Source of the DNA: Octopus sinensis
Lineage: Eukaryota
DNA: 64,000 nucleotides
Assembly (NCBI RefSeq): GCF_006345805.1
Contig: NC_043003.1
Coordinates: forward strand, 80,910,001-80,974,000
Direction: 5' to 3'
Part shown: positions 1-12,989 of the stretch, one piece after another
Position numbering within the stretch: the first letter of the stretch is position 1
Layout of the letters: each line of letters starts with the position of its first letter
Made by a program: the position numbers and the translations under genes
The notes under the pieces: model-generated
What the model was told of the DNA's origin: nothing
Database searches by the model: none
Seen by the model: only the letters and a program-made list of their open reading frames with translations

Positions 1-60
1 ACACGGTTGAAGTTACGACCATAGGGCATATACTCCGTGCCTTAGTGCGGAAATTTGAAG

Positions 61-295
61 TTTAATTTAATATAATAAGTATAGGAAAGAATGGAGCTGA
101 ACGAAGATTTAACAAAATTCCTTTATTTTATTTTCGACATATGTTTCGAAGTCTGCAAAATCCCTAATTCCGGGAGCAGTCATCTAAAAACTTGTTGTGC
201 ATTTTGTTGGCGAAAGAAGTTCCTGGATTTTCCTGAAGAGAAAGCTGCATAATGGACTCCTTATTCATTCGGAATTAGGGATTTTGCAGACTTCG
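61..295. mobile_element. Penelope-like (pLTR-type) fragment with internal inversion, carrying hammerhead ribozyme halves
   Basis: 147-172 (cgaagtctgcaaaatccctaattccg) is the exact reverse complement of 270-295. The plus strand has ATTTTC-CTGAAGA (227-239) and the minus strand has GAAAC-ATAT-GTC-GAAAAT (148-130). PLE assignment is inferred from the motifs. Confidence 0.6.
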
Positions 296-314
296 TACTG
301 TAAGATATTATGAG

Positions 315-349
<35 letters not shown>

Positions 350-384
350 ATATATATATATCTCATAATATCTTACAGTACGAA
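292..384. repeat. Palindrome: 23-bp unique arms around an (AT)n tract
   Basis: ttcgtactgtaagatattatgag ...(AT)n... ctcataatatcttacagtacgaa; arms are exact reverse complements. Confidence 0.9.
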
Positions 385-811
385 TGAGTACTCAGCACCG
401 TATCTGTTGTATAAATAAAGATATGGAGTCGATTACAGGGGTTAACTAATCAAAGTTTTAGGATGCCAATTCTGTATCTCATATATGAAAAAGAAAAGAG
501 ACTCACCAAACGTAGTCGGTATCGAAGCTATATTTAATGTACATGTGTTTCGTGAGGTTGGCAGAATCCAATTGCGCGAGGAGAAAACTTTGTTTGTCGA
601 GTAAATGTCACCTGTCTCATTCATCGGCATTACTCGGCAATACTACAATACGCAGAAAAACGGACGCGTTTATATGCATTCGGATGCAAATTAGAACACT
701 TAGTTTAAAATTGTAGAATAGAATAGAAGAAAAACAGGAGCAAGGAATAAGAGCAAAATGAAATGCAGATAAGATGGACCAAACAGCAAAAAACGACTTG
801 GAGTCACGACT

Positions 812-2193
812 TACGAATGGGTACACAAAAGAACCCGGAATTTTGCAATATTATTCACTTAATATGGCGGCGAGCTGGCAGAAACGTTAGCACGCAGGGC
901 GAAATGTTTAGCAGTGTTTCGTCTGCCGTTACGTTCTGAGTTCAAATTCCGCCGAGGTCGACATTGCCTTACATCCTTTCGGGGTCGATTAAATAAGTAC
1001 CGTTTACGCACTGGAGTCGACATAATCGACTTAATCCGTTTGTCTGTCCTTGTTTGTCCTCTCTGTGTTTAGCCCCTTTTGGGTATTAAAGAAATAGGTA
1101 TTTCGTCTGAGGTTACGTTCTGAGTTCAAATTCCGCCGAAGTCGACTTTGCTTTTCATGCTTTCGGGGTCGATTAAATAAGTACCAGTTACGCATTGGGG
1201 TCGATGTAATTGACTTAATCCGTTTGTCTGTCCTCTCTGTATTTAGCTCCTTTTGGGTAGTAAAGAAATAGGTATTTCGTCTGCCGCTACATTCTGAGTT
1301 CAAATTCAGCCGAGGTTAACTTTGAATTTCATCCTTTCGGGGTCGATATAATCGACCTAATCCGTTTGCCTGTCCTTGTTTGTCCGCTCTGTGTGTAGCC
1401 CTTTCGGGGTCGATAAATTAAGTACCAGTTGCGTACTGGGCTGGATCTCATCAGCTGGCCTCCCCCACCCAAGTTTGATGCCTCATGCCTAGAATAAAAA
1501 AGAAATATTATTCACTTAATTATACATGTTTACACTTTTATCGCCTCCAAAGTATTCTCTATTTGAAGTAAGGCATCGGTCCATTGGAAGCAGTGCTGGA
1601 ACTCCTGCGAAGTGATGACTTTTAACGCTTTCGTCGATTTTTTTCCTTCACGTCTTCCGTATCTGCAAATTACATACGGACAGCTTTTATCACCAGTGAT
1701 GACTTTGACAAAATTCCGTATCAATTTCCAACTGTGGTTTCAGTTCACGACACTCATTCAGTCGAGACTGCTTTTGATCTTCCGAGAGCAAGCGAGGCAC
1801 TAAAATTGCATGAACTCTTTTTTTATTCAAAATTGGTCGCTCAAACGTTGTTGGCAGGAGTTCTAGGACACATCAGTCATATTAACAATGTCGTCCATTG
1901 GTCGGTAACTGTCCTCTAAGTTCGGTTCATTAATCATCATGATGTTCTCATTCGTTAGGTTTAGGGTCGCCCTGAACGAGGGTGGTTTTCAAGCGATAAG
2001 TGACCATTCTTAAAGCTTGAAAACCACTTGTAACCTTTGTTATAAAACAAAAACGCATCACGTGACAGTATGACCCCACTGAAAAACGCCGGTCTGAAGA
2101 CTGATGCCTGAGGATCAAAATAGTGACTTTCAGCGTTGGAAGCCTGGACGTCCCAGAAAGAACGTTTCTGGTTACTTTTCGGTACCTCCTCGT
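812..2193 (-). mobile_element. Non-autonomous mariner deletion derivative interrupted by a SINE
   Basis: TIRs tacgaatgggtacacaaaagaacccggaa (812) and ggttacttttcggtacctcctcgt (ends 2193). The minus strand gives decayed WFSSFKNGHLSLENHPRSGRP, KVITGD and a C-terminal KALKVITSQEFQHCFQ; the rest of the catalytic core is deleted. Confidence 0.8.
866..1503 (+). mobile_element. tRNA-derived SINE (family A here), multimeric form with about 3 tandem body units
   Basis: Head GGCGGCGAGCTGGCAGAAACG; B-box-like GAGTTCAAATTC in each ~170-185 bp unit; A-rich end; 17-bp TSD aatattattcacttaat at 847-863 and 1504-1520. Confidence 0.85.
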
Positions 2194-2254
2194 GTGTGTG
2201 TGTGCATATATGTATGTGTATATAGACACACAAATACACAAACACACACATGCA

Positions 2255-2530
2255 TATTACCATCCGAGGTTCAAATCCGGGCAAGGTTGTTTATGGAAGA
2301 CCAGCAGTCGCCCATGCATACCGGTCTCCCCTCTCCACCCCACCAGTGTTATCCAAGGGAAAGGCAAAGTCCGATACAACTTGGCACTAGTGACGTCGCA
2401 ACTCATTTCTACAGCTGAGTGAACTGGAGCAAAGATGAAATAAACTGCCTTGCTCAAGAACACAACACGCAGCTCGGTCCGGGATTCGAACTCAAAACCT
2501 CACGATCGTAAACTGGACGCTCTAACCACG
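2255..2530 (-). mobile_element. tRNA-derived SINE (family D here)
   Basis: Minus strand begins with a tRNA-like head (TGGCTCCGTGGTTAGAGCG...GAGTTCGAATCCCGG). A homologous copy lies at 60155-60420. Confidence 0.75.
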
Positions 2531-2539
2531 GAGCCATGC

Positions 2540-2770
<231 letters not shown>

Positions 2771-4049
2771 GGTAAACAAAGTAAGAGACAGTACGTGTCG
2801 TCCATTAAATAATCATTTAAAAAAATGTAATAATGCTCAAACAAACGGAAAACAGACACAAAAAGCCGCCAAATCCTCATCAGTTATCGGCCAAACTATT
2901 AATGCAATTGGCGCCTTCAAAAGCAATAGTATTGATTCCCGTTGGTGAGATCGGCAGCGGGAAACCTCCTGGAAATGACGATCCAAACAAATGAGGGACA
3001 GAATGTGAACAATCAAACAATAAATAAATATGCTATACAGAAAGTGAGCATACAAGCATAAAAGAAAGGTGCTGCGTACAATATACGAACAGAATGACAT
3101 TCACGGCTAGACCATTAGTGGACGGATGAGGGTCAAGAAGGAAAATAAACAAGATGGAATGTGGACATACGGGCAAAATTATATAAATAAACAGAATATG
3201 TTTAATGCCAGGAGGAGTATTCTAAAGAATGAGGAGTAGGACATCAGAGAGACAGCGAAAAGTATTGATAGTGTGAGACGAGAGGGAATACCAGTCGCTT
3301 CGACTATCGGCGTGAAAAGGGAAAGAGGATAAAAGAGGACGATGACTATGGGAGGTCGGTTCACTAATGCTCATACTCAGAACTTCATTGTCTTCAAAAT
3401 GAAAATGAACTTTAAGTCTAGCTGATGGTTCCCAGTTTTTAAAACTGTTACTACATCGATGTCATTTGTTAGTTTAACATTGATATCATGAATTCATTTG
3501 GTACATTCTATAAACTACTGCCGATGAAAGCATTGGAAAATTCCTGAATTCTCTCCTGTAACTTTTCCGCATCCTTCTTGAACTCAGGTTAAAAAACGTT
3601 CATGTCTTAGATTTTTCTTGACTTAAAGTTACCCAGGAATTCTGAATAAGATCAATAAGTTGTTTAAATAGTTCCAGCAAGTATTTTACCAGTAATATTA
3701 AGATGGATATATCAAAATAACTGTAACAATTACTAAAGTGCGTATGTTTTGGTCCGAGACTTTCTTAAGGTGTCAAAGAACATGTTCAACCCTCTATAAT
3801 GCAGAAACAATTTCAAAACAATTACAAACAAAATGGTCACAGTTCCTTTTCACACTGTATTTTTAATCTACAAATATTTCCCAGACAACATTTAGTTTGT
3901 TACAGCATTAACTTTGAAAATGAGGAATGTATTAAGTGTTTAATCAGTTATTTGATTAATTCGTAATTTAAACCGTTTCTAATTCTCTTTTTATCTTGGT
4001 AAACTCATATGCTTTTCGGTCACAATGTACAATGCTGACAGAAAATAAA

Positions 4050-4345
4050 ATATTTAGCTTAGGTCCACTACCCACTTTCGAACTTTGATAGAATACCTTA
4101 ATATGCTTCTCATCTGCCGCACATTGAATCTATGTTGTTTTCTATTTAAGATGAACGTTGTTCTCGTTAACTCAATTATGATGAGGCAGTCCAAGTATTT
4201 CTTATGAATATGAATATGTTGCTGCTCTGAAGCACCTTTTAAATTCTTGAACATTTTCCGTAGCATTTATATTTGGCAGACATTCATCCAATTTATTTCG
4301 GAGCTCACAATTCTTATCTTCAGCCTTGAGTGACTTCATAATTCT
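4050..4345 (-). pseudogene. Decayed LINE ORF2 fragment, probably RTE clade
   Basis: Minus frame KLDECLPNINATENVQEFKRCFRAATYSYS*EILGLPHHN*VNENN resembles the RTE inter-domain EVLG...DWFDEN region; multiple stops. Confidence 0.4.
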
Positions 4346-5499
4346 ACATCATAGTGTTTTGTTATTTCGTTGTCATATTTTCTTTAAATTATAACATAAC
4401 TTATTGTAGAATAAAGAGTGCTACACTAGCCAAGCTTATGCGTAAAATGAACGGCGAGAATATTTGAATATCCTTTTCTTAAAGATTACAATATCAAATA
4501 CTACTTGTAAGTTCGATAATTCCTCCAAAATGTTTCATGTATAATTTGCTCTTTGCCTTTGTTATAGAGAGTTCGACTTCCTAATAAGAGAACTGCAGGT
4601 ACTGTCCATTGTGGTTGATTATATCTTCTACTTACTTTTCAGTTGCACTTGATAAAATAGCAGAATCAGAAGCTACTCTAGATTTAGAGTCACCAAGTAG
4701 TGTTCTTTGCGAACATTACGGTGGTTTTCACCTCGTAGAACGCATGTTATCGTGTAAAGTGTATTTGTTGACTTTATTGCACAACATTGTCGAAGCCTAA
4801 TAACGTATTAAATATTCTGAGAGCTCCTCATTGAGATCTATTTGTCAGTATGGCCAAGGGAAGTGATAATAGTTACAACAAAGTGTGATATTCTTTCTTG
4901 AAAATCCATTCCCATTTCTTTCACTTAACATGACATACTTTGGATACGGGCAACAATATCAATATTGGGAGAAATTATTTTAAAATCTCGGAGAGTCCAA
5001 GAGGGAAAGTCTATATTTTTTCCCGACAATGGTATTAACTGTTTAGGATTCCAAGGAATACAACTGAATAAACATTGTAACAGTATAAGCAATAATATAA
5101 TTATATCAATTTGGAGATATCTTTCCACCTATATATCGCTCAGAGAAAATGTGCTCTTTCTGAAAATATACGCTTTGTTATGAAGGCGGATACGGGATTG
5201 AATAAATAGTAATTAACATTTTTTTAATGTCAGAGCTTTTATCATCAGACGGTTGTTATTATGCAGCTTTCTAGCTAAAGCACAGTTCTATCTAAGGATT
5301 ATTTGTAATCCTTTAACTGTCTATTCCTTTTCTTCCAAAAGGTGTGGACCCATTTCCAAACGAAATTAAAAATTGGAATTGAACAAGATAAATACGAATG
5401 GCGCTACTGCAAAATAGAAACATAATTTGGTTACAACGATAAAATATTGCGTAAATTCATCCACACTACAGGATTAGTGTGTGTGTGTGCGTGTACGTG

Positions 5500-5775
5500 C
5501 TGCACTTACGATTGCGAGATCGTGGTTTGTATTCTCAGACCGGGCGGCGCGTCAAGTTCTTGAGGAAAGCACTTCATTTCACGTTGCTCTGCGATCATCT
5601 CGACATCTGACATTTGGTACCCCCCTTGCAACTGTACAGGTAATGTCAATTTAATACATGGGGGTGAGTTTATGTCTAGATAAATATTTGATCACTATAA
5701 ACAAATCATCTGTGTCGTTGTTCGGTAAGAAATTGTCGAACACTCATACTTCGTCTAACGACGGGAGGGTTCATT
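5500..5775 (+). mobile_element. Degenerate tRNA-derived SINE
   Basis: tRNA-like head (gcacttacgattgcgagatcgtggtttgtattctcagaccggg) followed by gttcttgaggaaagcacttcatttcac, similar to the family D body start. Confidence 0.5.
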
Positions 5776-5780
5776 GCCTA

Positions 5781-7001
5781 TGATTGATTGATTGATTGAT
5801 TCTAGTTTCAGCTTATGAGCTGTGGCCATGCTGGGGCACCGCCATTTGGTGTTGCTACTTGGTTTCACTTCATGGAGGCTTTCTAGCAACTGCTATTTGG
5901 TGCATGAGAGAGTTCGATGCAGCTGCCCTCATCTGCCCCTCCTGCCGTGAAGTTGGTTCATCTGGGACACCTGACAGGAAGAGATCCAGCTTCATTTTAA
6001 AGACACCTCTATCCACCCCATGCAGCTCTCTCAGGTTCTTCGGGAGGATATTGAAGAGCTGTGGGCCTCGGAAGCCCAGGCTATCACAGAATCTTGTCCT
6101 ACATCTTGATGGCAGGTTTGGAGTCCTAGGCACCACGCAGTGGCGCCCAGTTCTGGCATTTGCGTAACTCTCGATGCCAAAGTTCAGGACACTTCCCTCC
6201 AGGATCTTCCAGATGTATATTATGGCATATCTTTCCCGCCTACGCTCCAGAGAATATAATTTTAATCTCTTGAGTCTTTCCCAGTAGCTTACATTCTGCA
6301 TAGAGGCTATCTTCTTTGTGTAGCTTCGTTGGATCGCCTCAAGTTCTGTGATCAACTTGACACTGGATGGTGACCATAGCTGAGAGCAATAGTCAAAGTG
6401 GCTTAGGACAAGTGTCTTCCAGAGGACCATCATGGTTTTTTGTTCTCTTGTTCTAAAGGTTCTAAGAATCCATCCAGCCAGTCGTCTACATTTCATTGTC
6501 AGTTTAGCAACATGTACATGAAAGGTCGCGTCATCACTCATGTGAATACCCAGGTCACGCACTGATTGTGCCTCTGGATTGCAATCCCTCCGGGTCCAGT
6601 GTATTCATTGGGTATTGCATTCAGTTTTGCATGCTGATAGTATAAAGCTTGAAACTTTCCAGCATTGAACTGCATGCTATTCTTTTCAGCCCACTTGTAT
6701 ATTTCGTCCAGCTCACATTGCAGGTGTTTAGTGTCCTCAGGGTTCTGTATTGCCTGTGAAACTTTTGTATCATCTGCATAACTTGTGATCGTGGCTCTCT
6801 GCGTGGCTGAGGGCATGTCTGAGAGGGCCATTATGAACAGTAGTGGTCCCAGAACAGTGCCCTGCGGAACACCGCTCACTATTTGTGTGTTAATGGAGGT
6901 GGCCCCATTGGCTACTACCACCTGACGTCTATCCTTCAGAAAGTCATGAAGCCATTCTCCCAGTTTTCCAACTATAGCCATTCTCCCAGTTTTCCAACTA
7001 T
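5781..7001 (-). mobile_element. 5'-truncated CR1-group (CR1/L2/Jockey-type) LINE with RT C-terminal half
   Basis: ORFs 6538-7029 and 5870-6562 carry GVPQGTVLGPLLF, YADD, DYCSQLWSP and LYSLERRRERY; one frameshift near 6560; 3' (AATC)5 tail at 5781-5801. Confidence 0.92.
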
Positions 7002-7349
7002 TATATGCATAAAAATGAGAATGTGTCACTGCCTGAATGTGTGTCTATATGTGTGCATCATAAAAACTCAAGAACTACCCAACAGATTTCATTCGAATTT
7101 TATAATTGCCTTACATAGGGTCCATGCAGAATCATGAGCAAAAAGGCTTCAAACTTCTTGCCTAATGCGGGCCCGAAGCAATCTCTTATCTCTTACACTA
7201 TTTCAGTATTACGTGTCAAAATGAAACAATAACCTCTCTATTGTAATGTGAGATAATACTTTCAGTTTTCACAGTGAAACAATTAATACCTTCACTATGC
7301 ATATATATTAGTTTCATTTCTATCACTTTTACTATGATATATTTATGTA

Positions 7350-7524
7350 TGTTTATGTAAGTATACGTATGTTTGTATATGTGTGTATGTATATGTATGT
7401 ATGTATACATAATTATCTATATATATTTATGTATGTATATTGATGTGTATATACCTGTGTGCATACATATATATATATATATATATGTGTGTATATGTAA
7501 ATATACATGTATATATATATACAT

Positions 7525-7591
<67 letters not shown>

Positions 7592-7896
7592 TAATAATAA
7601 AAATTAGGGAATAAATCCAAACTTACAGGGAAAAATCAGATTTAGGATTGAATCCAATTTTATAGTAAAATATTATATTATATTAAATTAGAGACAAAAC
7701 CACTATTAGGCAAATCAAACAATGAAAAATTTAAGCCAATACATATGATTAATTTATATTATTTAAATATGTAACAAAATTATTAAAAAATATAATTTTG
7801 TCTCTAATATATATAATATATATTATATATATATATATATGTATGTATATATGTACGTATATTTATGTATATATGTATGAATATATATTATATATA

Positions 7897-7971
<75 letters not shown>

Positions 7972-8280
7972 AACAATGAAACCCTATGCCCTTTTAATCC
8001 CGAGTCAGAACGGTATCTCTGCTAGTTATATATATATGTAATTAAATAAATAACAACATACAAATAATGTGTCAATCCGTTACATCTCTTTCTAACTAGT
8101 ATTTAATTGATTAATGGAGAAATTACATCATTAGAAACTCCATTTTCTTCAGGTGAATACATAAATCACAATATTCAAAAACGTCCAAAGGCCGACGGTC
8201 TGTGCTACTTGATGATTCTATGACCAGTGCCAGTCATAGGATCCATACATAACCTTATTATCTTTGCAACTGTATTATTA

Positions 8281-8312
<32 letters not shown>

Positions 8313-8330
8313 TATATATATATAACGTGT
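7350..8330. repeat. (TA)n arrays interleaved with a short dispersed repeat and PLE-like fragments
   Basis: 7595-7705 matches the reverse complement of 51215-51340 (tccaaacttacagggaaaaat.agatttaggatt). A degenerate hammerhead-like hairpin ctatgac/gtcatag lies near 8205-8250. Confidence 0.6.
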
Positions 8331-9229
8331 GTGTGTGTGTTGTACGTACATATATATACATATATATATACATATATATATATGTGTATATGTGTGTACG
8401 TGCGTGCGCATGTGGTGTGTAAATATATATGCAACTTCCAGCAATCAATGTGATACACATTACTTCACTGAAACACAGAATTTATGGATCATGGATGAAT
8501 TTCGAAGCAGATGAAGAGGATAATATTTTTCTGTATGTACCTTTTCTTCTCTTATACATGTTCTCTGTCTCTCATTCACTTATACTGATTTTCTGTTTCC
8601 AATCTTTCCTTAGAATGTTCAATTTATACGAGTGAATATGATTATAAATCACAGTAGTGTATGCTGTTTGTGTGCTGGTTATTAGGGCATAAAACATTTT
8701 GTCTTGAAAATCATAAACAACGAATTGGTACCGGGATTGTGACAAGATTTCTAACACCATTTGTGGGAATGTATAAGTTCTCAGAGAATTGGATGGCTTT
8801 TTTCCTCTTATCGTTTCCTTTTAAACACTAAGCAGTAAAAAACACAAGCACGATGATATCAGCCTTACCCAAAACACTCGGTACTGCATAATGGATTGGT
8901 TACACTATTAAAGATTAAAACCGATTGGCAGATTCAATTTTCCCTGTTACGAGAAACAACTTTATAGAAATAACGATTTGTTAATTCTTTTATCCTTTTT
9001 TTATTTATCCTTTCAGCATAACGTGAAAATGGTCTAGAGTGTATTCCATTATTGCCCGGGTTTATATTTGTCATTATTTCTTGAGTGGAAATTTACTGAC
9101 ACACCAAAACAATTGTTTACGTAACTGAGGTTATATGTCCTTGTAAGTCAGGGTTGCAATTTTTCACGTAACACTTGTACATAAAATATATAAAGCAATA
9201 CTGCATTTGAACCAACAACGTTTTCATTC

Positions 9230-9261
9230 TTCTTGTACACATATATAATACATACATACAA

Positions 9262-9308
<47 letters not shown>

Positions 9309-10062
9309 ATATTATATACGTATATATATACGCAAACATAAATACAAGTACACATACACACACATATATGTATGTATGTATATGTCTATCTACCCCTATA
9401 TATATATATGTATATGCATACATACAAACAAAGACACATATGTATGCATGCATACATACAAACTTATATATATATATGTATACATGCAAACACCCAGAAA
9501 CACAAACATAAACACACACACATACATAAATAGTGAAAATTAAATTCTATATTCCACGTCATTGTTCGGTTGTATATGTGAATTAATTGCTGGTCATTAG
9601 CAATGTTTTATTAACACAATACGTTATACAGAGGAGGAAGCTTATTATATGCCATGACGATTATGAATAAAACACTTCTACAAAAGAATTTATTAATGCC
9701 AACCTAAAATGATGTTGACAGCTAATCATCAAATCATATTAGGTTAACTAATTTAGACACGCTGAAGTATGTTTGAAGCAATTCATATAGATACTACACC
9801 TACGGAATATGTATTGCCTCGAATTTTATTCTTTACAGCTAATTGATTATCAGTAAAAATATTTTTATACAGAATATCAATTAAGAGATAGAGTTTTAAA
9901 GAATTCATTCACGTAATATACGAAGTGACATACACAGTGCCATCCATTATCTAATGCAATGTTTCAGGTGGCCAAGGAAACCCGGTTCCAGTTTTCACGC
10001 CTTCAATTTCAAATAGCATTTCTGTTCGAAACCATACCTCCAACAAACACTAATAGGCATGC

Positions 10063-10094
<32 letters not shown>

Positions 10095-10150
10095 ATATAT
10101 ATACGTATGTATATCTATATACATATGTATATATATATATATATCATACG

Positions 10151-10182
<32 letters not shown>

Positions 10183-10442
10183 ATAAATCCTTAAATCCTC
10201 AAAACTGTTTTAGCCAGAAGGCCGCGGCCATGCTGGGGTACCATTATATATATATAATCTATATGCATGTGAATATCTATCTATCTCACTACTCACACAC
10301 ATTTGTATAAGTGTATGTATTTATGTGTGTGTATATATAATATATATATAATATATAATATATATATATATATACATGTTTATATGTGCATGCATTCATA
10401 GTAATTCACAAGCACACACACACACACATATCAATATGTATA

Positions 10443-10475
<33 letters not shown>

Positions 10476-10994
10476 TACACACACATATATGTTTCTAAAT
10501 ATACACAGCGGTTGATCAACATATGGAGAGATGGAGAGACAGAAAGAGAGTTAGATAGATAGATTCTTAGGTAGATAGATATATTGATAGATAGATAACT
10601 ATTTGTATAGCTACATTCATATCGCTATAAACGTGGATATACATTAAAATCTTCGATACTTCAAATGAATGAGTTATATATATACTTATATATACGTATG
10701 CGTACGCAAATATTATATATATATATATATGTGTGTGTGTGTATGTGTGTGTGCGTAAGTGTGTACGTGTGCAGATATCAATATATATATAAATATAAAT
10801 TTATATACATATGTGTGTATGCTTAAATATATATGTGTATACATCTATATTTATATATAACTATATATTTTATGTATATGTATACAATGTATACATACAG
10901 TTATCTATTTATAAATTTATATACATATATTTATTTATATGTTTATATATAAAAATATATCCATATATATTTGCCTATATAGGCATATACATAC

Positions 10995-11028
<34 letters not shown>

Positions 11029-11140
11029 ATGTATATATGTATATGCAAGCATGCGTATACGTATAGGCACACATATACATTCATACGTAAGTACATTTAT
11101 ATGTATGTGTGTGTACATATACATATACATATATATATAT

Positions 11141-11184
<44 letters not shown>

Positions 11185-11921
11185 TATATTGCGTACGTTT
11201 GTGTATATATAATAATAAACATCGACATATATGCATATAAATATGAATACACACATACTTAAAATACATGTGTGTGCGTATGTGTGTGTGTTATGCATGT
11301 ATACTTGCGTGTTTGTCCGTGTGTATGCACATAAATATATATACTTCATAATTGTTTTACTGCAATTTAACAGCTATATCGACTTGCGTGCTTCTGAGAA
11401 AGCAAACAATATATTTAAAATTTGTACTATAATTTTCAATTTAACGGCGAGAGGAATATGAGTGAATGTTATAAAATCTTGAAAGCTTATTAATAGGGAA
11501 CATATAAGAAATATAAAGAAGACTTTGAAAGGTTACGCATGAAAATTAAATGTTTCTGTTTTCTAGGCATAGAGTGGTAGGTGTGGGGTTGTGCCTGAAT
11601 AGATTTTATAATATGGAATGTTTAGTTTTAAGTTTTTCATATTTAAAATGTATTTCATAAATATGTATTATATTTGGCTTTCTAAAACTTATACATTCAA
11701 CTTCTATTTATAAATATGTGGTTATATATATAATATATATTATATATATATATATATATATATCTATAATACATATATAGATAGATAGATATATAGATAA
11801 ATGTAGATGTAGTTATAGATATACACGCACATATAAGTACTTATACACATATATATCTATGTATACGTAGAAATATATACATATATATATTGTATATGCT
11901 TTATCTTATATTCATATATAT

Positions 11922-11977
<56 letters not shown>

Positions 11978-11979
11978 TA

Positions 11980-12035
<56 letters not shown>

Positions 12036-12077
12036 TCATATACTTATATCTATATATACATATATATGTACAATTAT

Positions 12078-12119
<42 letters not shown>

Positions 12120-12140
12120 TATATATATAAAATTATAATA

Positions 12141-12178
<38 letters not shown>

Positions 12179-12200
12179 CATATGCATATACATACATATA
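9230..12200. repeat. Microsatellite-rich zone: (TA)n, (CA)n, (TG)n, (GATA)n
   Basis: Seen directly; multiple arrays separated by AT-rich spacers. Confidence 0.9.
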
Positions 12201-12989
12201 TCTTTGTATACGATCGTTCTTGAAAAATAAGCAAGAATTACCTCCAATGTCGAACATGCATTAGAAACGATCTTTATTTGCAATAAACTATTTACGAGAT
12301 AATTTTTGTCCCAAATCAAAACCGAACACTAAATAATGAAGGCTTCATTGCGCATCACAACATCGTAATGCAGGTTTATAGGGACTGCTTATTATAATGA
12401 TCTCAGTATTCTTTGAACTAAGCCGCTGAATGCAAAACCGTAAGTAGAAATGGTTATAAAATTGTATATTAGCCACAGTAGGCACCTCTATATGGTGAAA
12501 AGAAATGAAGCTCATATGGAGAAGAAAGAAGCTTAAAAGTAGGATATAAATCTGAACACAATACCCTAAATTATAGCAGCTAGAAGATTATCCAGTATTG
12601 TTAAGTGGATGCTATCATACAAGATTGTCGAACTGGCAGAATAATTAGAACTTTGAAAATTAACTTGTGATATTTCCTCGAATTCTTTCACTTACTTATT
12701 TAAATCGTGTTGAGCTCAAGTTTTTACTTCATCCCTGTCTGGCCCCAAAAAACAAAACAACGTACCACTCGACCTGTTAGGAGTCCGTTTTGTCGAATAT
12801 CAGCCCCTCAAACCTGTCAGTATTGTCTCTGAATTGAGATTGTAATCTTTGTTTTGCATATTCGCTGAAATATTTTTATGTTGTTAATTAAGACAGAAAT
12901 GATGCATTTGTTTTTGTTTGGTATTGAGCGGTGTTCGGTGATGTATGTGGATCTGATGTTTTATGAATTAAAAAAAAATTCTTTTTTCT

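Noticed and set aside
915-1400. Regular repeat units superficially like a CRISPR or satellite array
   Set aside because: Units are long SINE bodies with B-boxes and no unique spacers; the context is eukaryotic with no cas genes.
5796-6167. 123-aa plus-strand ORF (likewise 19952-20215 minus)
   Set aside because: Antisense shadows of LINE RT coding sequence.
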